Shown here in pieces: positions 21,598 to 31,990 of a stretch of 64,000 bases of DNA (position 1 is its first letter; every line of letters starts with the position of its first letter). Source of the stretch: Vulcanimicrobiota bacterium (GTDB lineage: Bacteria > Vulcanimicrobiota > Xenobia > Xenobiales > JADMJV01); assembly GCA_050250895.1 (NCBI GenBank), contig JBFWNU010000009.1, forward strand, positions 198,488 through 262,487, in the 5' to 3' direction. The notes beneath the pieces are model-generated. The model was not told the DNA's origin. It was given only the letters and a program-made list of their open reading frames with translations, and did no database searches. The position numbers were made by a program, and so were the translations under genes.

Positions 21598-22961
21598 AGC
21601 CTGCTTGCTTCAAAACCTACGACATCCGTGGGCGAGTTCCATCCGAGTTCAACCAGCCTCTGGCCCAGCGCGTAGGCCGGGCCTTTGCCCGCCTGCTGAG
21701 CCCCACTCAGGTGGCCGTCGGCTGGGATGCGCGCCTCTCGAGCCCTGAGCTGGCCGAGGCCGTGACCGCCGGCTTGCGCTCGCAGGGCGTGAACGTGCTC
21801 AAACTCGGTCTGTGCGGAACCGAGACCGTCTATTTCGCGGTTCACAGCCTGAGCTTGGGCGGCGGCGTCATGGTCACCGCCAGCCACAACCCGGCCGACT
21901 ACAACGGCCTCAAGTTTGTTGGTCCCAGGGCGGTGCCGCTGAGCAACCAGCAGTTCGAGCAGCTGGCCGCAGCCACTCGGCAGGAATGGCCCGACACGAA
22001 CCGGGGCGGGGTGGAAGAACGCGATATCACCGACGCTTTCCTGGACCGACTGGTCGAACTCTTCGCCCCGGCCAGCCTGGGCGCCTGGAGAATCGTGGCC
22101 GACGCTGGCAACGGCGCCATCGGTCCCACCCTTTGTCACCTGGCCAAGCGCTATCCCGACCTTGAACTACTGGTCCTCCACGGTCAACCCGATGGCACGT
22201 TTCCCAACGGCGTGCCCAACCCGCTCTTGCCCGAAAACCGCGCCGCCACCGCCGCCGCCGTGCGCGAGCACCAGGCCGAGCTGGGGGTGGCCTGGGACGG
22301 CGATTTCGACCGCTGCTTTCTCTTCGACCACCGAGGAGAATTCGTCGACAACTATTACCTTCTGGCCGCCCTGGCCGGCCATTATCTCGAGCGCGAACCG
22401 GGCGGAATCATCGTCCACGACCCCCGCCTGACCTGGCACACCATCGAAGCCGTCACCCGGTTGGGTGGAACGCCGCGACTCAGTCGCACCGGGCACGCCT
22501 TCGTCAAGGCCGCCATGCGCGAGAGCGAGGCCATCTACGGAGCCGAGATGTCAGGCCATCACTACTTTCGCGACTTCGGCTACTGCGACTCGGGGCTGTT
22601 GCCTTTTCTGGCGACCCTGCAGATGCTGCACCGCCGGGGACGTAGCCTGGCCGACCTTTTGGACGGGGGCCGCGCAAGATTCCCTATCAGTGGCGAGATC
22701 AACCGCGAGGTAGCCGACTCCGAAGCCGTGCTGGCCGCGGCCGCGACCGAGTTCGGGCCTCAGGCCCTGCGCCGTTGCGACCTGGACGGTCTGAGCCTGG
22801 ACTTCGCCGATTGGCGCTTCAACCTGCGGCGCTCCAACACCGAACCCCTCATCCGTCTTAACGTCGAAAGCCGTGGGGACGCCGACCTGGTGGAGCGCAT
22901 GACGCAGAGGTTGCTGGCGCTGGTGGAGGGCGTCGGAAAGAATAAACCGCAGAGATTATGA
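21594..22961 (+). CDS. manB: Phosphomannomutase
   Basis: YDIRG, TASHNP.DYNGLK, DGDFDR, EMSGHHYF, SNTEP. Confidence 0.93.
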   Translation: MKPACFKTYDIRGRVPSEFNQPLAQRVGRAFARLLSPTQVAVGWDARLSSPELAEAVTAGLRSQGVNVLKLGLCGTETVYFAVHSLSLGGGVMVTASHNPADYNGLKFVGPRAVPLSNQQFEQLAAATRQEWPDTNRGGVEERDITDAFLDRLVELFAPASLGAWRIVADAGNGAIGPTLCHLAKRYPDLELLVLHGQPDGTFPNGVPNPLLPENRAATAAAVREHQAELGVAWDGDFDRCFLFDHRGEFVDNYYLLAALAGHYLEREPGGIIVHDPRLTWHTIEAVTRLGGTPRLSRTGHAFVKAAMRESEAIYGAEMSGHHYFRDFGYCDSGLLPFLATLQMLHRRGRSLADLLDGGRARFPISGEINREVADSEAVLAAAATEFGPQALRRCDLDGLSLDFADWRFNLRRSNTEPLIRLNVESRGDADLVERMTQRLLALVEGVGKNKPQRL

Positions 22962-23511
22962 GGCGCTGAGGGGTGGAGTGAACTTCGGTGTCGTCGTTCT
23001 ATAGTTGAGGCTTGTAGTTATTGACTACGCGCTTGAGGCCCCGGCGCAGCGTGGGTTCGTGAAAATTCAGGAGTAGGCCAACCGAGCGTCCCGACAACTT
23101 CAAATAGGATAACAATTGAGCTTGATGAACGGCGTTCAGAGACTCGACGGCCTTCACTTCCACAACCAAAACATCGTCCACCAAAAGATCGATTCGATAA
23201 CCCGCGTCCAATTCAACGCCTTTATAAACTATTGGCAGCGGCACCTGTCTCGATGTTTGATGGCCCCTCAGAGAAAGTTCATAAGCCAGGCACTTTTCAT
23301 AGGCAGACTCTAGCAATCCCGGTCCCAGTTCTCGATGGACTTCAATGGCCCCACCGATCACGCTTTGAGTAATTTCATCGATGTCTCTCCTCTTGTTCAC
23401 GCCCCCAGCCTAACGGACCGTAGCGCGAGGAGCAGTGACCATCGACACCGTTCGGGCACCCAACCTTCCAGGTGCTCCGCCCCCCTCAGCGCCTCTGCGT
23501 CTCGGCGGTTT
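22944..23511. mobile_element. Putative GxxExxY cassette bounded by ~30-bp imperfect inverted repeats
   Basis: Left aaaccgcagagattatgaggcgctgagggg (22944-22973); right reverse complement aaaccgccgagacgcagaggcgctgaggggg (23481-23511). Confidence 0.6.
22999..23400 (-). CDS. GxxExxY protein (PD-(D/E)XK-like nuclease family)
   Basis: GPGLLESAYE, RIDLLV..VEVKAV, HQAQLLSYLK, GLLLNF; more AT-rich than flanks. Confidence 0.93.
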   Translation of the reverse strand: MNKRRDIDEITQSVIGGAIEVHRELGPGLLESAYEKCLAYELSLRGHQTSRQVPLPIVYKGVELDAGYRIDLLVDDVLVVEVKAVESLNAVHQAQLLSYLKLSGRSVGLLLNFHEPTLRRGLKRVVNNYKPQL

Positions 23512-23542
23512 CCCCATCGAGCGCTCACCCCGACGCGCCCAC

Positions 23543-24565
<1,023 letters not shown>

Positions 24566-24569
24566 GTTT

Positions 24570-24690
24570 TCACGTGGCCGACAGCTGGCACAGCTGAGTG
24601 GGGCGCGCCGGGCAGGGGCCCTCGACCGCGGTTAGGGTCAACTGAGCTGGCCCTCCGCGAACGGCATGCTGGGGTCGGTCAGGCCAAAGG
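24570..24690 (-). pseudogene. Decayed, internally deleted copy of the 3' part of the methyltransferase gene at 25524-26645
   Basis: 24570-24607 matches 25556-25597; 24617-24683 matches 25877-25945. Confidence 0.7.
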
Positions 24691-24704
24691 CATCCGCCCT
24701 GGCT

Positions 24705-25030
24705 TTACTCGGAGGTTGCGCCGCCGCCCAACTCTTCCGGTCGCAGTCCCGTCATCCTGAGAGCTTCGTCTAAGGCCATTCCAGAGTCGACCAGCTTCTG
24801 GACCGTCTCGCGTAGCGCCAGCAATCGGCCCTCCTCGCGACCCTCCTTGAATCCTCTCTCGCGCCCGAGCAGCCTGGCCTCCTCCAGTTCGGTGGCAGCA
24901 TCGCACATCGCCCTGTGACGCGCTGCCATGATGTTTCGGACCTGCTCACTCGCGCTCGCTGAGCGCTTCGTTGTAAAGGCCACTTCAACGCCTCCTCTTC
25001 CTATCAGTGACTCCGGAATGGAGCCTTCTC
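24705..25030 (-). pseudogene. Rpn/YhgA-like (PD-(D/E)XK transposase family) C-terminal fragment, copy 2
   Basis: SASASEQVRNIMAARHRAMCDAATELEEAR..EGREEGR..KLVDSGMALDEALRMTGL. Confidence 0.7.
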
Positions 25031-25054
25031 CGACTAGGGGATCCGACACTGGCT

Positions 25055-25552
25055 CTATCCGGGGCACCCAGAAGTTTCGCCGCCGCCCAAGTCCTCCGGT
25101 CGCAGTCCGGTGATCCTGAGAGCTTCGTCCAAGGCCATTCCAGAATCGACCAGCTTCTGGACCGTCTCGCGTAGCGCCAGCAATCGACCCTCCTCGCGGC
25201 CCTCCTCGCGGCCCTCCTCGCGCCCGCCCAGCCTGGCCTCCTCCAGTTGGGTGGCAGCATCGCACATCGCTTTGTGGCGCGCTTCCATGATCTCTCGAAC
25301 TTGCTCACTCGCGCTCGCCGAGCGCATCGTTCTCAGGGCCACTTCAATGCCCTCCTCTTCCTTGAGTGATTTCGGGATGGGAGCCTCCTCCCGAGTATAA
25401 AACTCGCCGAATTTCAAGACGTGCAACCACTTCTCGAAGGGCGACCTCAGACTGCGGGGCTTGTCCCTGCGAAACTTGGCTAGCTCGATGAAGTGGAACT
25501 CTAGTATATCAGACAAGACCAGGTCATGTTCGGGGTCGTGGAGTCGAAGGCG
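25055..25552 (-). pseudogene. Rpn/YhgA-like C-terminal fragment, copy 1; N-terminal nuclease domain absent
   Basis: LEFHFIELAKF, EKWLHVLK, GREEGREEGREEG, ITGL; no credible start codon. Confidence 0.75.
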
Positions 25553-26645
25553 TGTCACGCGTGGCCGACAGTTGGCACAGCTGAGGGTGGGGCGCGGCCC
25601 GCAAACCGGGCAGCGCCCAGCGCCGCAGTCGCTCGACCAGCCTGGGCCAACGAAGGTCACGCCGCCCCTGGCCGTCGCGGCGGATCATGAGCTGGACGTG
25701 GCGCAACTTGGTGCGCAAAGGGTCGGCCAGCCGATACTCCTGGCGAATCAGATAGTCCAGACTGAAATCTTGGCTCAGCACCCGCTGCAACATCTCGTAG
25801 AGGGTGTCCCTGCCGTCACGAACGGCCGAGAAGACCAGAAAGATGCAGACTCCCTCGGGTGCCAGGCGGGTCTCGAGGCCCTCGACCGCGGCCCGGGTCA
25901 ACTCGGGCGGTCCCACCGCGAACCGCATGGCCGGGTCGGCCAGGTCGGGCGGCAGGGCGGGAGGGTTGCCGATGATGAGTTGCCATTCCCCCTCGGCCTT
26001 CTGGTAGAGGTCGCTGACCTCGAATCTGGCCGAACTGTGGTTGAGTCGGGCGTTGGAGTAGGCCAGGGCGATGGCGTCGGTGTTGATGTCGAGTCCCACG
26101 ACTTCGGCGAAGCCCGGGGGCAGGGTCAAGCCCACCACCCCGCAGCCGCAGCAAAGGTCCAGCGCTCTACCGCGACCCCGGGGGAACTGTTCGAGAGCCA
26201 GCCGGCGCAAGTGAGCCGAATCATCGCCGAGATAGACGAACTCACCGGGAGAGCGTCCGGGGATCGAGCTGAGTATGTAGCGCCCGCCCACGCAGGTGAG
26301 TTGCACGATGGCCCGCACCCCCTCGGGCACCACCTCGAGAAAAGCCTCGGGAACCTGGCTACAGGCTTCGGGCTCGAGGGTGTGATGGAGGAAAAAGAGG
26401 CGAAAGAGAGTCCAGGCGGCCGGCTGCCGCTGAGAAAACTGACGATAAAGACGCTCGGGGAAGGCCACCATCGAGAGAGGCTCGACGCCCCCCTGGCGCC
26501 GCTCCCACCAGGTCCGCATCTCATGGATGGGATAGATCTTGCGGGTAGAATAGGCCGGCAACCCTTCGGTCAAGCCATAGCGACTCTCATCGAGCACCCC
26601 CCTCAGTTGCTCGAGCGCATCACCCCCAAAATCTCCCCAACTCAA
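25524..26645 (-). CDS. Class I SAM-dependent methyltransferase (HemK/PrmC-like)
   Basis: VYLGDDS, LDLCCGCG, GLDIN, SDLY, IGNPP. Confidence 0.85.
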   Translation of the reverse strand: MSWGDFGGDALEQLRGVLDESRYGLTEGLPAYSTRKIYPIHEMRTWWERRQGGVEPLSMVAFPERLYRQFSQRQPAAWTLFRLFFLHHTLEPEACSQVPEAFLEVVPEGVRAIVQLTCVGGRYILSSIPGRSPGEFVYLGDDSAHLRRLALEQFPRGRGRALDLCCGCGVVGLTLPPGFAEVVGLDINTDAIALAYSNARLNHSSARFEVSDLYQKAEGEWQLIIGNPPALPPDLADPAMRFAVGPPELTRAAVEGLETRLAPEGVCIFLVFSAVRDGRDTLYEMLQRVLSQDFSLDYLIRQEYRLADPLRTKLRHVQLMIRRDGQGRRDLRWPRLVERLRRWALPGLRAAPHPQLCQLSATRDTPSTPRPRT

Positions 26646-26757
26646 AACTGCTACCGTCTACCGTCTGAAAACTACTGTCTGACTCTTTACCTTTGGTTCA
26701 CACCCTTTCCCAGGCTGCCAACTATGCTCCTGGATGGACGGAGGAATAGAAATAAAG

Positions 26758-28287
26758 ATGTCCATCAATATACAGACAAACAGATTAGCACGAAACGTGG
26801 TGGTGATGCCCACCAAAGCCCTGGATCGCGACCAGGCAAACCAGCAGCTCGAAGAAGCCCGCCCGATGATCGAGGATCTGGGTATCGAGATCACCCGCAG
26901 CCTCGCCTCGGCCGGCGCCGTGGCCGCCCGGGCTACCGAAGACCAGCAAGCGGCTCTCAAGAAGGCCGGCTTCCAGGTCATCAGCGACCAGAAGATTCGC
27001 CTGCTGCCCAAGGGCTGGCTCAAGAGCCCCAAAGCCCTCGAAGCCCTGGCAACCTTTGACTTTTTCGACCCCTTCGCTCCTTTCCGGCGCCCCGCGCCCC
27101 GGCCGGTCGAGCAGCCTCGCAGCGGCGAGGGCGCCAGCGACTATATCGGTGAACTGCCCACCAGCGGCAAAGGCATCGGCATCGCCATCATCGACTCGGG
27201 CGTAGAGGCTCATCCCGACTTCGGCGAGCGCTTCTTGGGCAACGTCAGCCCCATCCAGGCCAATCGTCCTTATAAGGTAGGCAAAGACCCGGTGGGGCAC
27301 GGCACCCACGTGGCCGGCGACGCGGCTGGCGATGGTCGCCTGTCGGGCGGTCGCTTTCGCGGACCGGCCCACGACGCCAACATCATCGGCATTCAGGTGC
27401 TCGACGAGAGCGAGTATCAGACCGACATGTCCCAGGCCCTCGAAGAGTTCACCTCGGGCATCGACTGGATGGTCAATAACCGCGAGAAATACAACATCAA
27501 GGTGGCCAACCTGTCCCTGAGCATGCCGTTGCTAGCCGAGGGCGGGGGTTTCTACGGCCCCGAACTGCTCTATGACCCCATCGGAGCGGCCATCAACCGG
27601 GCCGTCCAGGCCGGCATCACGGTGGTGGCCGCGGCCGGCAACTCGGGCCCCGACCAGGGGAGTATCGACGGCACCCCGGCCATCAATGACAACGTGATCA
27701 CGGTGGGTGCACTCGACACCAACGGCACGCCCCAGGACCGGCGCGACGACTCGGTGGCCGAGTTCTCGAGCCGCGGGCCCACTCCGGATGGCCGGCTCAA
27801 GCCTGATATTCTGGCTCCCGGCGTGAAAATCGTGGCCCCCAACGCGCCCGGCAGCGAGATCGATTCGCAGAACTCGCTGTTCGCCAAGGTGCGCGAGGCT
27901 GTGCCTCACATGAACGGCCGTCAATTGGCCGGGGTGGCCTACAAGATGGTTCAGGCCGGTGTGCTGCCCGAGGACGTCCTATATATGGACGTTCGTGACC
28001 TGCAAGACCTCTTCGCCTATGGCCTCGACGTGCAACCCACCGAGGGACAGTGGAAAGATGGAGCCGCCTATATCGGAATGGACGGCACTTCGATGGCTTC
28101 GCCGATCGTCACCGGTGTGGTGGCGGCCATGCTCGAAGCCAACCCTGACTTGACTCCGGCCCAGGTGAAGCAGATCCTGGTCGGCACCGCCGACCCGGTG
28201 GGCGGCGAGTCGCGGGTGGCTCAGGGCGCGGGAGCCATCAACGCTCGCAAGGCGGTGGAGGTGGCTCTGCGCAGCCGGGGAGCCTAG
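26758..28287 (+). CDS. S8 subtilisin-like serine peptidase (AprX-like, no signal peptide)
   Basis: IIDSG, GHGTHVAG, AAGNSG, FSSRGPT..KPD, GTSMASP. Confidence 0.93.
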   Translation: MSINIQTNRLARNVVVMPTKALDRDQANQQLEEARPMIEDLGIEITRSLASAGAVAARATEDQQAALKKAGFQVISDQKIRLLPKGWLKSPKALEALATFDFFDPFAPFRRPAPRPVEQPRSGEGASDYIGELPTSGKGIGIAIIDSGVEAHPDFGERFLGNVSPIQANRPYKVGKDPVGHGTHVAGDAAGDGRLSGGRFRGPAHDANIIGIQVLDESEYQTDMSQALEEFTSGIDWMVNNREKYNIKVANLSLSMPLLAEGGGFYGPELLYDPIGAAINRAVQAGITVVAAAGNSGPDQGSIDGTPAINDNVITVGALDTNGTPQDRRDDSVAEFSSRGPTPDGRLKPDILAPGVKIVAPNAPGSEIDSQNSLFAKVREAVPHMNGRQLAGVAYKMVQAGVLPEDVLYMDVRDLQDLFAYGLDVQPTEGQWKDGAAYIGMDGTSMASPIVTGVVAAMLEANPDLTPAQVKQILVGTADPVGGESRVAQGAGAINARKAVEVALRSRGA

Positions 28288-28329
28288 CCAGAAGGAGATT
28301 CCGCCCGCAAACACAAGGGTTGGGCCGTC

Positions 28330-28809
28330 ATGATAGGCAAGACCGAGAAGGGGGATCTGCTGCTGGGCCTGCTGGCGCTTTTGGTCGCCTCGGTTGCCCT
28401 CGGCGTGGGCAGCAACCATCTGGCGTCCGAGGACCGGTTGGCCCTCGGACGCCCCCTACCGGCCAAACGAAACTATGAGCTTTTTCCCGCGGTGGCCCTC
28501 GACTACAGCAAGAAAGAGACTTTTCTCTTTCTTGATGTGCGAGCTCGCCCCAACTATCTGCTCGGACACATCCCAGGAGCGATCAACGTGCCCGTCCACG
28601 AGCTTGGTCGAAAGTTCCCAGACCTTAAGCACCGTATCATGACCAGCGGCGTGGTCGTCTATTGCGACAATGCCCACTGCCCGAAGGCAGACCAGGCTCG
28701 GGCAGGACTGCGCCGGCTAGGGCGAGAGGGCACGATCTGGATTGTCCTGGGTGGTTTCGAGGCCTGGCAGAGGGCTGGGTATCCGATCGAGAGCGGAGAG
28801 CCGCGATGA
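28330..28809 (+). CDS. Membrane-anchored rhodanese-like domain protein
   Basis: LDVR..GHIPGAINVP, VVYCDNAHC, GGFEAW. Confidence 0.88.
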   Translation: MIGKTEKGDLLLGLLALLVASVALGVGSNHLASEDRLALGRPLPAKRNYELFPAVALDYSKKETFLFLDVRARPNYLLGHIPGAINVPVHELGRKFPDLKHRIMTSGVVVYCDNAHCPKADQARAGLRRLGREGTIWIVLGGFEAWQRAGYPIESGEPR

Positions 28810-29249
28810 AGCCTACGGCCATCACGGCGGTCAGAGCTGTTCTCGGTGGCCTTTTCGTTGCCAGCGGCTGGGAAAAGGTACACTACCCGTTTCTGTTCGC
28901 CAAGGCATTGGCCGACTACAGAATCCTGCCGGCGCGCTCCGTCACGCTGGTAGCGGTTACTTTGCCCTGGCTCGAGATTCTGGTGGGCTTGTGTTTGTTG
29001 ACGGGCTTTTTAATCCGAAGCGCGGCCGTGCTGGAAGTTGTGCTCAGCTCAGGATTCGCTTTCGCTGTTGGCTCGGCGGTAGTGCGAGGAAAAGTCGTTC
29101 CATGCGGCTGCTTCGTTTCGCTCGGCTGGGAAGTCAGCCCCCTCCATCTTGCGCTCGATCTAGTCCTGGTAGGCCTCGGCGTTCTAGCCTATCTGACCGC
29201 CGACCGTGGTCTGGGTATCGACGGCTGGACGCGCAAGGCGGACGAATAG
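28806..29249 (+). CDS. MauE/DoxX family membrane protein
   Basis: R..LGGLF..SG..K, LPWLE, CGCF motif. Confidence 0.88.
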   Translation: MKPTAITAVRAVLGGLFVASGWEKVHYPFLFAKALADYRILPARSVTLVAVTLPWLEILVGLCLLTGFLIRSAAVLEVVLSSGFAFAVGSAVVRGKVVPCGCFVSLGWEVSPLHLALDLVLVGLGVLAYLTADRGLGIDGWTRKADE

Positions 29250-30155
29250 GTGCCTGCCTTCTTCTATAAAGGCTTTGGGCTCACGTTTTGCTCCGACCTG
29301 GAACTGCCGGAGCTACACCCGATAGAAGCGGTTGATTGCGATGTGGTCATCGAGCGCCAGCCCATCGAGGAGGAACTCGAACCGATCGACGGTCACAAGC
29401 TTCGCTACAAGGTCAGGAACGAAGAGATCTACCTGGGCCGTCCTAATCTGGGCCTCATTCGCATCGCAGGTGGGTCCATCCTGAACTATGACCCATCCCA
29501 GACCTGCTGCCGAAAACAGCTGCGAGCGGTCATCCTGGGCTCGGGGATTGCCGCCATCCTCTATCAGCGAGGGCAGCTCGCCCTCCACGCTAGCTGCGTG
29601 GTGGTCGACGGACAGGCCATTCTGCTGGCCGGCAACTCAGGAGTAGGCAAGTCCACCCTTGCGGCCGCCTTCCACCAGCGGGGCTATGCGGTCATCGCCG
29701 ATGACCTGCTGACCCTGCGGCCAGATGGTAACCGCCTTTTGGTAGAGCCTTCGGTGGTGCGGCTCAAGCTCTGGTCCGACAGCGCCAGAGCGCTCGGTAT
29801 CTCTACTTCCAGGCTCGAAGTCTTCAGCAACGGGCCGCGCCCCCGCTATCTCCTTCCCCTTCCGGCCACAGACCTCTCGTCAAAACCTGTGGCCGCGCTC
29901 GTGACTCTCGGACTTTCGGGTGACGGGAGTCTGGGGAGCGAGCGGGCCGAAGGGGCGCGCGTAGCTAATCTGCTGTACAGAATCACCTTCCGTCACGGGT
30001 TCTTGCGAACCCCACAGGTCCATCAAGAACACTTTCAAGCGGTGACCCAATGCGCCGAAAGATTGCGTTCCTATCTAGTCTGGAGACCTAATACCGGCTG
30101 GCCACCCGACCGATTGGTAGACTACATCCTGCACGTGATGGGCAAGGCTTCCTGA
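29250..30155 (+). CDS. HPr-kinase-like protein 1 (lasso-cluster tailoring kinase family)
   Basis: LHASCV, GNSGVGKST, ADD, LKLW. Confidence 0.85.
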   Translation: MPAFFYKGFGLTFCSDLELPELHPIEAVDCDVVIERQPIEEELEPIDGHKLRYKVRNEEIYLGRPNLGLIRIAGGSILNYDPSQTCCRKQLRAVILGSGIAAILYQRGQLALHASCVVVDGQAILLAGNSGVGKSTLAAAFHQRGYAVIADDLLTLRPDGNRLLVEPSVVRLKLWSDSARALGISTSRLEVFSNGPRPRYLLPLPATDLSSKPVAALVTLGLSGDGSLGSERAEGARVANLLYRITFRHGFLRTPQVHQEHFQAVTQCAERLRSYLVWRPNTGWPPDRLVDYILHVMGKAS

Positions 30156-30156
30156 C

Positions 30157-31953
30157 GTGATCTTCGCAGAGCTATGGCGACTGGTCTGGAGGGTCATCCC
30201 TCCGTCGGCCCGCCCCTATGCCGCGCTCTACCTGCCGGCCTCGCTGCTGTCCGGCTTGCTCGACCTGACCAGTGTGGCTATCTTCTTTCCGTTCCTGGTC
30301 GCCATCACCAATCGCCGCGCTCTCGAACACCACCGCTATTTCATCAAAATACAACAGGTGCTGGGGGTGAGTTCGAGCAAGGATTTGCTAGTCTTTCTCG
30401 GTGTGCTGATTCTGTTGTCCCTGGTGCTGCGCGAAGTCTACTCCGTCGTCCTCTCCTACTACACCGTCCGACTTAACGGGCAGATTCAGCACGCTCTGTC
30501 AGAGCGACTGCTGCAGGTCTACCTCACCCGCTCTTACCGCTTCTTTCTAACGCGCCACTCCAGCGACCTCAGCCAGAATGTTCTGGTTCGGGTCAACGGC
30601 TTTTTGACGGGAATCTTCCAGCCCATGCTGGCATTGGTCCAGTCGGTGGCGACATTTTTCGTTTTTTTGGCCGGCCTACTCTATCTTCAGCCGATCCTGG
30701 CCCTGATCAGCCTGGTCACCTTCGGCCTCATCCATCTGGCCATTCACCTTCGGCTCGAACCCTGGCTCACCGAGTTGGTCCGCCGGGTCAGAGACCTGAA
30801 CATGGCTCGCTACCGCACGGCCCAGGAGGTTATCCAGGGCATTCGAGAAGCCAAGCTACTGGGTTGCGAAGGCTTCTTTCTCGAATCTTTCGCCCGCTAC
30901 AACCAGGAAGTGCATACCTTGATGCTGCGGCGCACGCTGGTCAACCAATTGCCCCGCCTGGTCTCTCGAACGACCCTCATGCTATTGGTGGTGGCCGCCG
31001 CCCTCGGGTTGGTAGTGGCCGGACAAGAACAGCACCTCGTGCCGATCATGTTACTCTATGTGATGCTGCTGTTTCGCACGCTTCCGCGTATTCGCGGTCT
31101 TTTCGGCTCGTTTACGGGTCTTAAGACCGAAATGGCTCAACTGGAAGACATCGCCGCCGACCTGGGACTCGAGCGGCCCGATGATCGAGCCATCGCCGCC
31201 CCGGTTGAAGCGATGCCTTTTCACGGACGACTGGAACTGCGCGGTGTCGGACTGTCCTACGATCAAGCCCGCCGGGCCGCCCTGGCCGATGTCAATCTAA
31301 CTATCGAGGCTGGGCAGAAGGTAGCGGTCGTAGGCCGGACGGGAGCGGGGAAGACTACCCTTCTCGACATCCTGACCGGCCTGCTCGCTCCCTCTCAAGG
31401 TGAGGTATGGGTGGACGGAACGGTGCTGGCCGACGAACCCAAAGAGTGGCGGGCCAACATCGGCTATGTCTCTCAAGTGAACTACATCATCGACGCCCCA
31501 TTGGCCCACAACATCGCTTTTGGTGTCTCGGACGAAGCCATCGACCTCGACCGTGTTCGGCGCGCCTGTTGGTTGGCGGCCCTCGACGAGTTCGTCGAAA
31601 CCGAACTGCCCGAGGGATACAAAACCATAGTGGGTGACCGCGGGGTAGCCCTTAGCCAGGGTCAGCGCCAGCGCGTGGGAATCGCCCGGGCCCTCTACCG
31701 CGACCCCAGCGTGGTTGTGCTCGACGAGGCTACCAGCAACCTCGACCCCGTGACCGAACGCCTGGTGCTCGAACGGATCTCGGCGCTTGAGCCATCGCGA
31801 ACGGTCATCTTCGTCAGTCACCGCATCAAGACAGTGTTGCGGTTCGAGAGAATCTTCGTGGTGGTCGAAGGGCGACTGGTCGGTCAAGGCGACGAGGCTT
31901 CTCTAACACAGACCTGCCCCGAGTTCGTCGAACTGTTAGCCGGTTCGGACTGA
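30157..31953 (+). CDS. ABC transporter, fused permease/ATPase
   Basis: TM N-half; GRTGAGKTT, LSQGQRQR, LDEATSNLD, SHR. Confidence 0.93.
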   Translation: MIFAELWRLVWRVIPPSARPYAALYLPASLLSGLLDLTSVAIFFPFLVAITNRRALEHHRYFIKIQQVLGVSSSKDLLVFLGVLILLSLVLREVYSVVLSYYTVRLNGQIQHALSERLLQVYLTRSYRFFLTRHSSDLSQNVLVRVNGFLTGIFQPMLALVQSVATFFVFLAGLLYLQPILALISLVTFGLIHLAIHLRLEPWLTELVRRVRDLNMARYRTAQEVIQGIREAKLLGCEGFFLESFARYNQEVHTLMLRRTLVNQLPRLVSRTTLMLLVVAAALGLVVAGQEQHLVPIMLLYVMLLFRTLPRIRGLFGSFTGLKTEMAQLEDIAADLGLERPDDRAIAAPVEAMPFHGRLELRGVGLSYDQARRAALADVNLTIEAGQKVAVVGRTGAGKTTLLDILTGLLAPSQGEVWVDGTVLADEPKEWRANIGYVSQVNYIIDAPLAHNIAFGVSDEAIDLDRVRRACWLAALDEFVETELPEGYKTIVGDRGVALSQGQRQRVGIARALYRDPSVVVLDEATSNLDPVTERLVLERISALEPSRTVIFVSHRIKTVLRFERIFVVVEGRLVGQGDEASLTQTCPEFVELLAGSD

Positions 31954-31990
31954 AGGAATTTTCGAGCAGGTCTGGCAACTAGGTGGCCCG

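Noticed and set aside
24705-25660. Intact Rpn/transposase gene
   Set aside because: The N-terminal PD-(D/E)XK domain is missing; the ORF-track N-termini come from neighbouring sequence.
25461-27059. 532-aa + strand ORF
   Set aside because: Antisense shadow of the methyltransferase plus an off-frame overlap with the S8 gene; no motifs.
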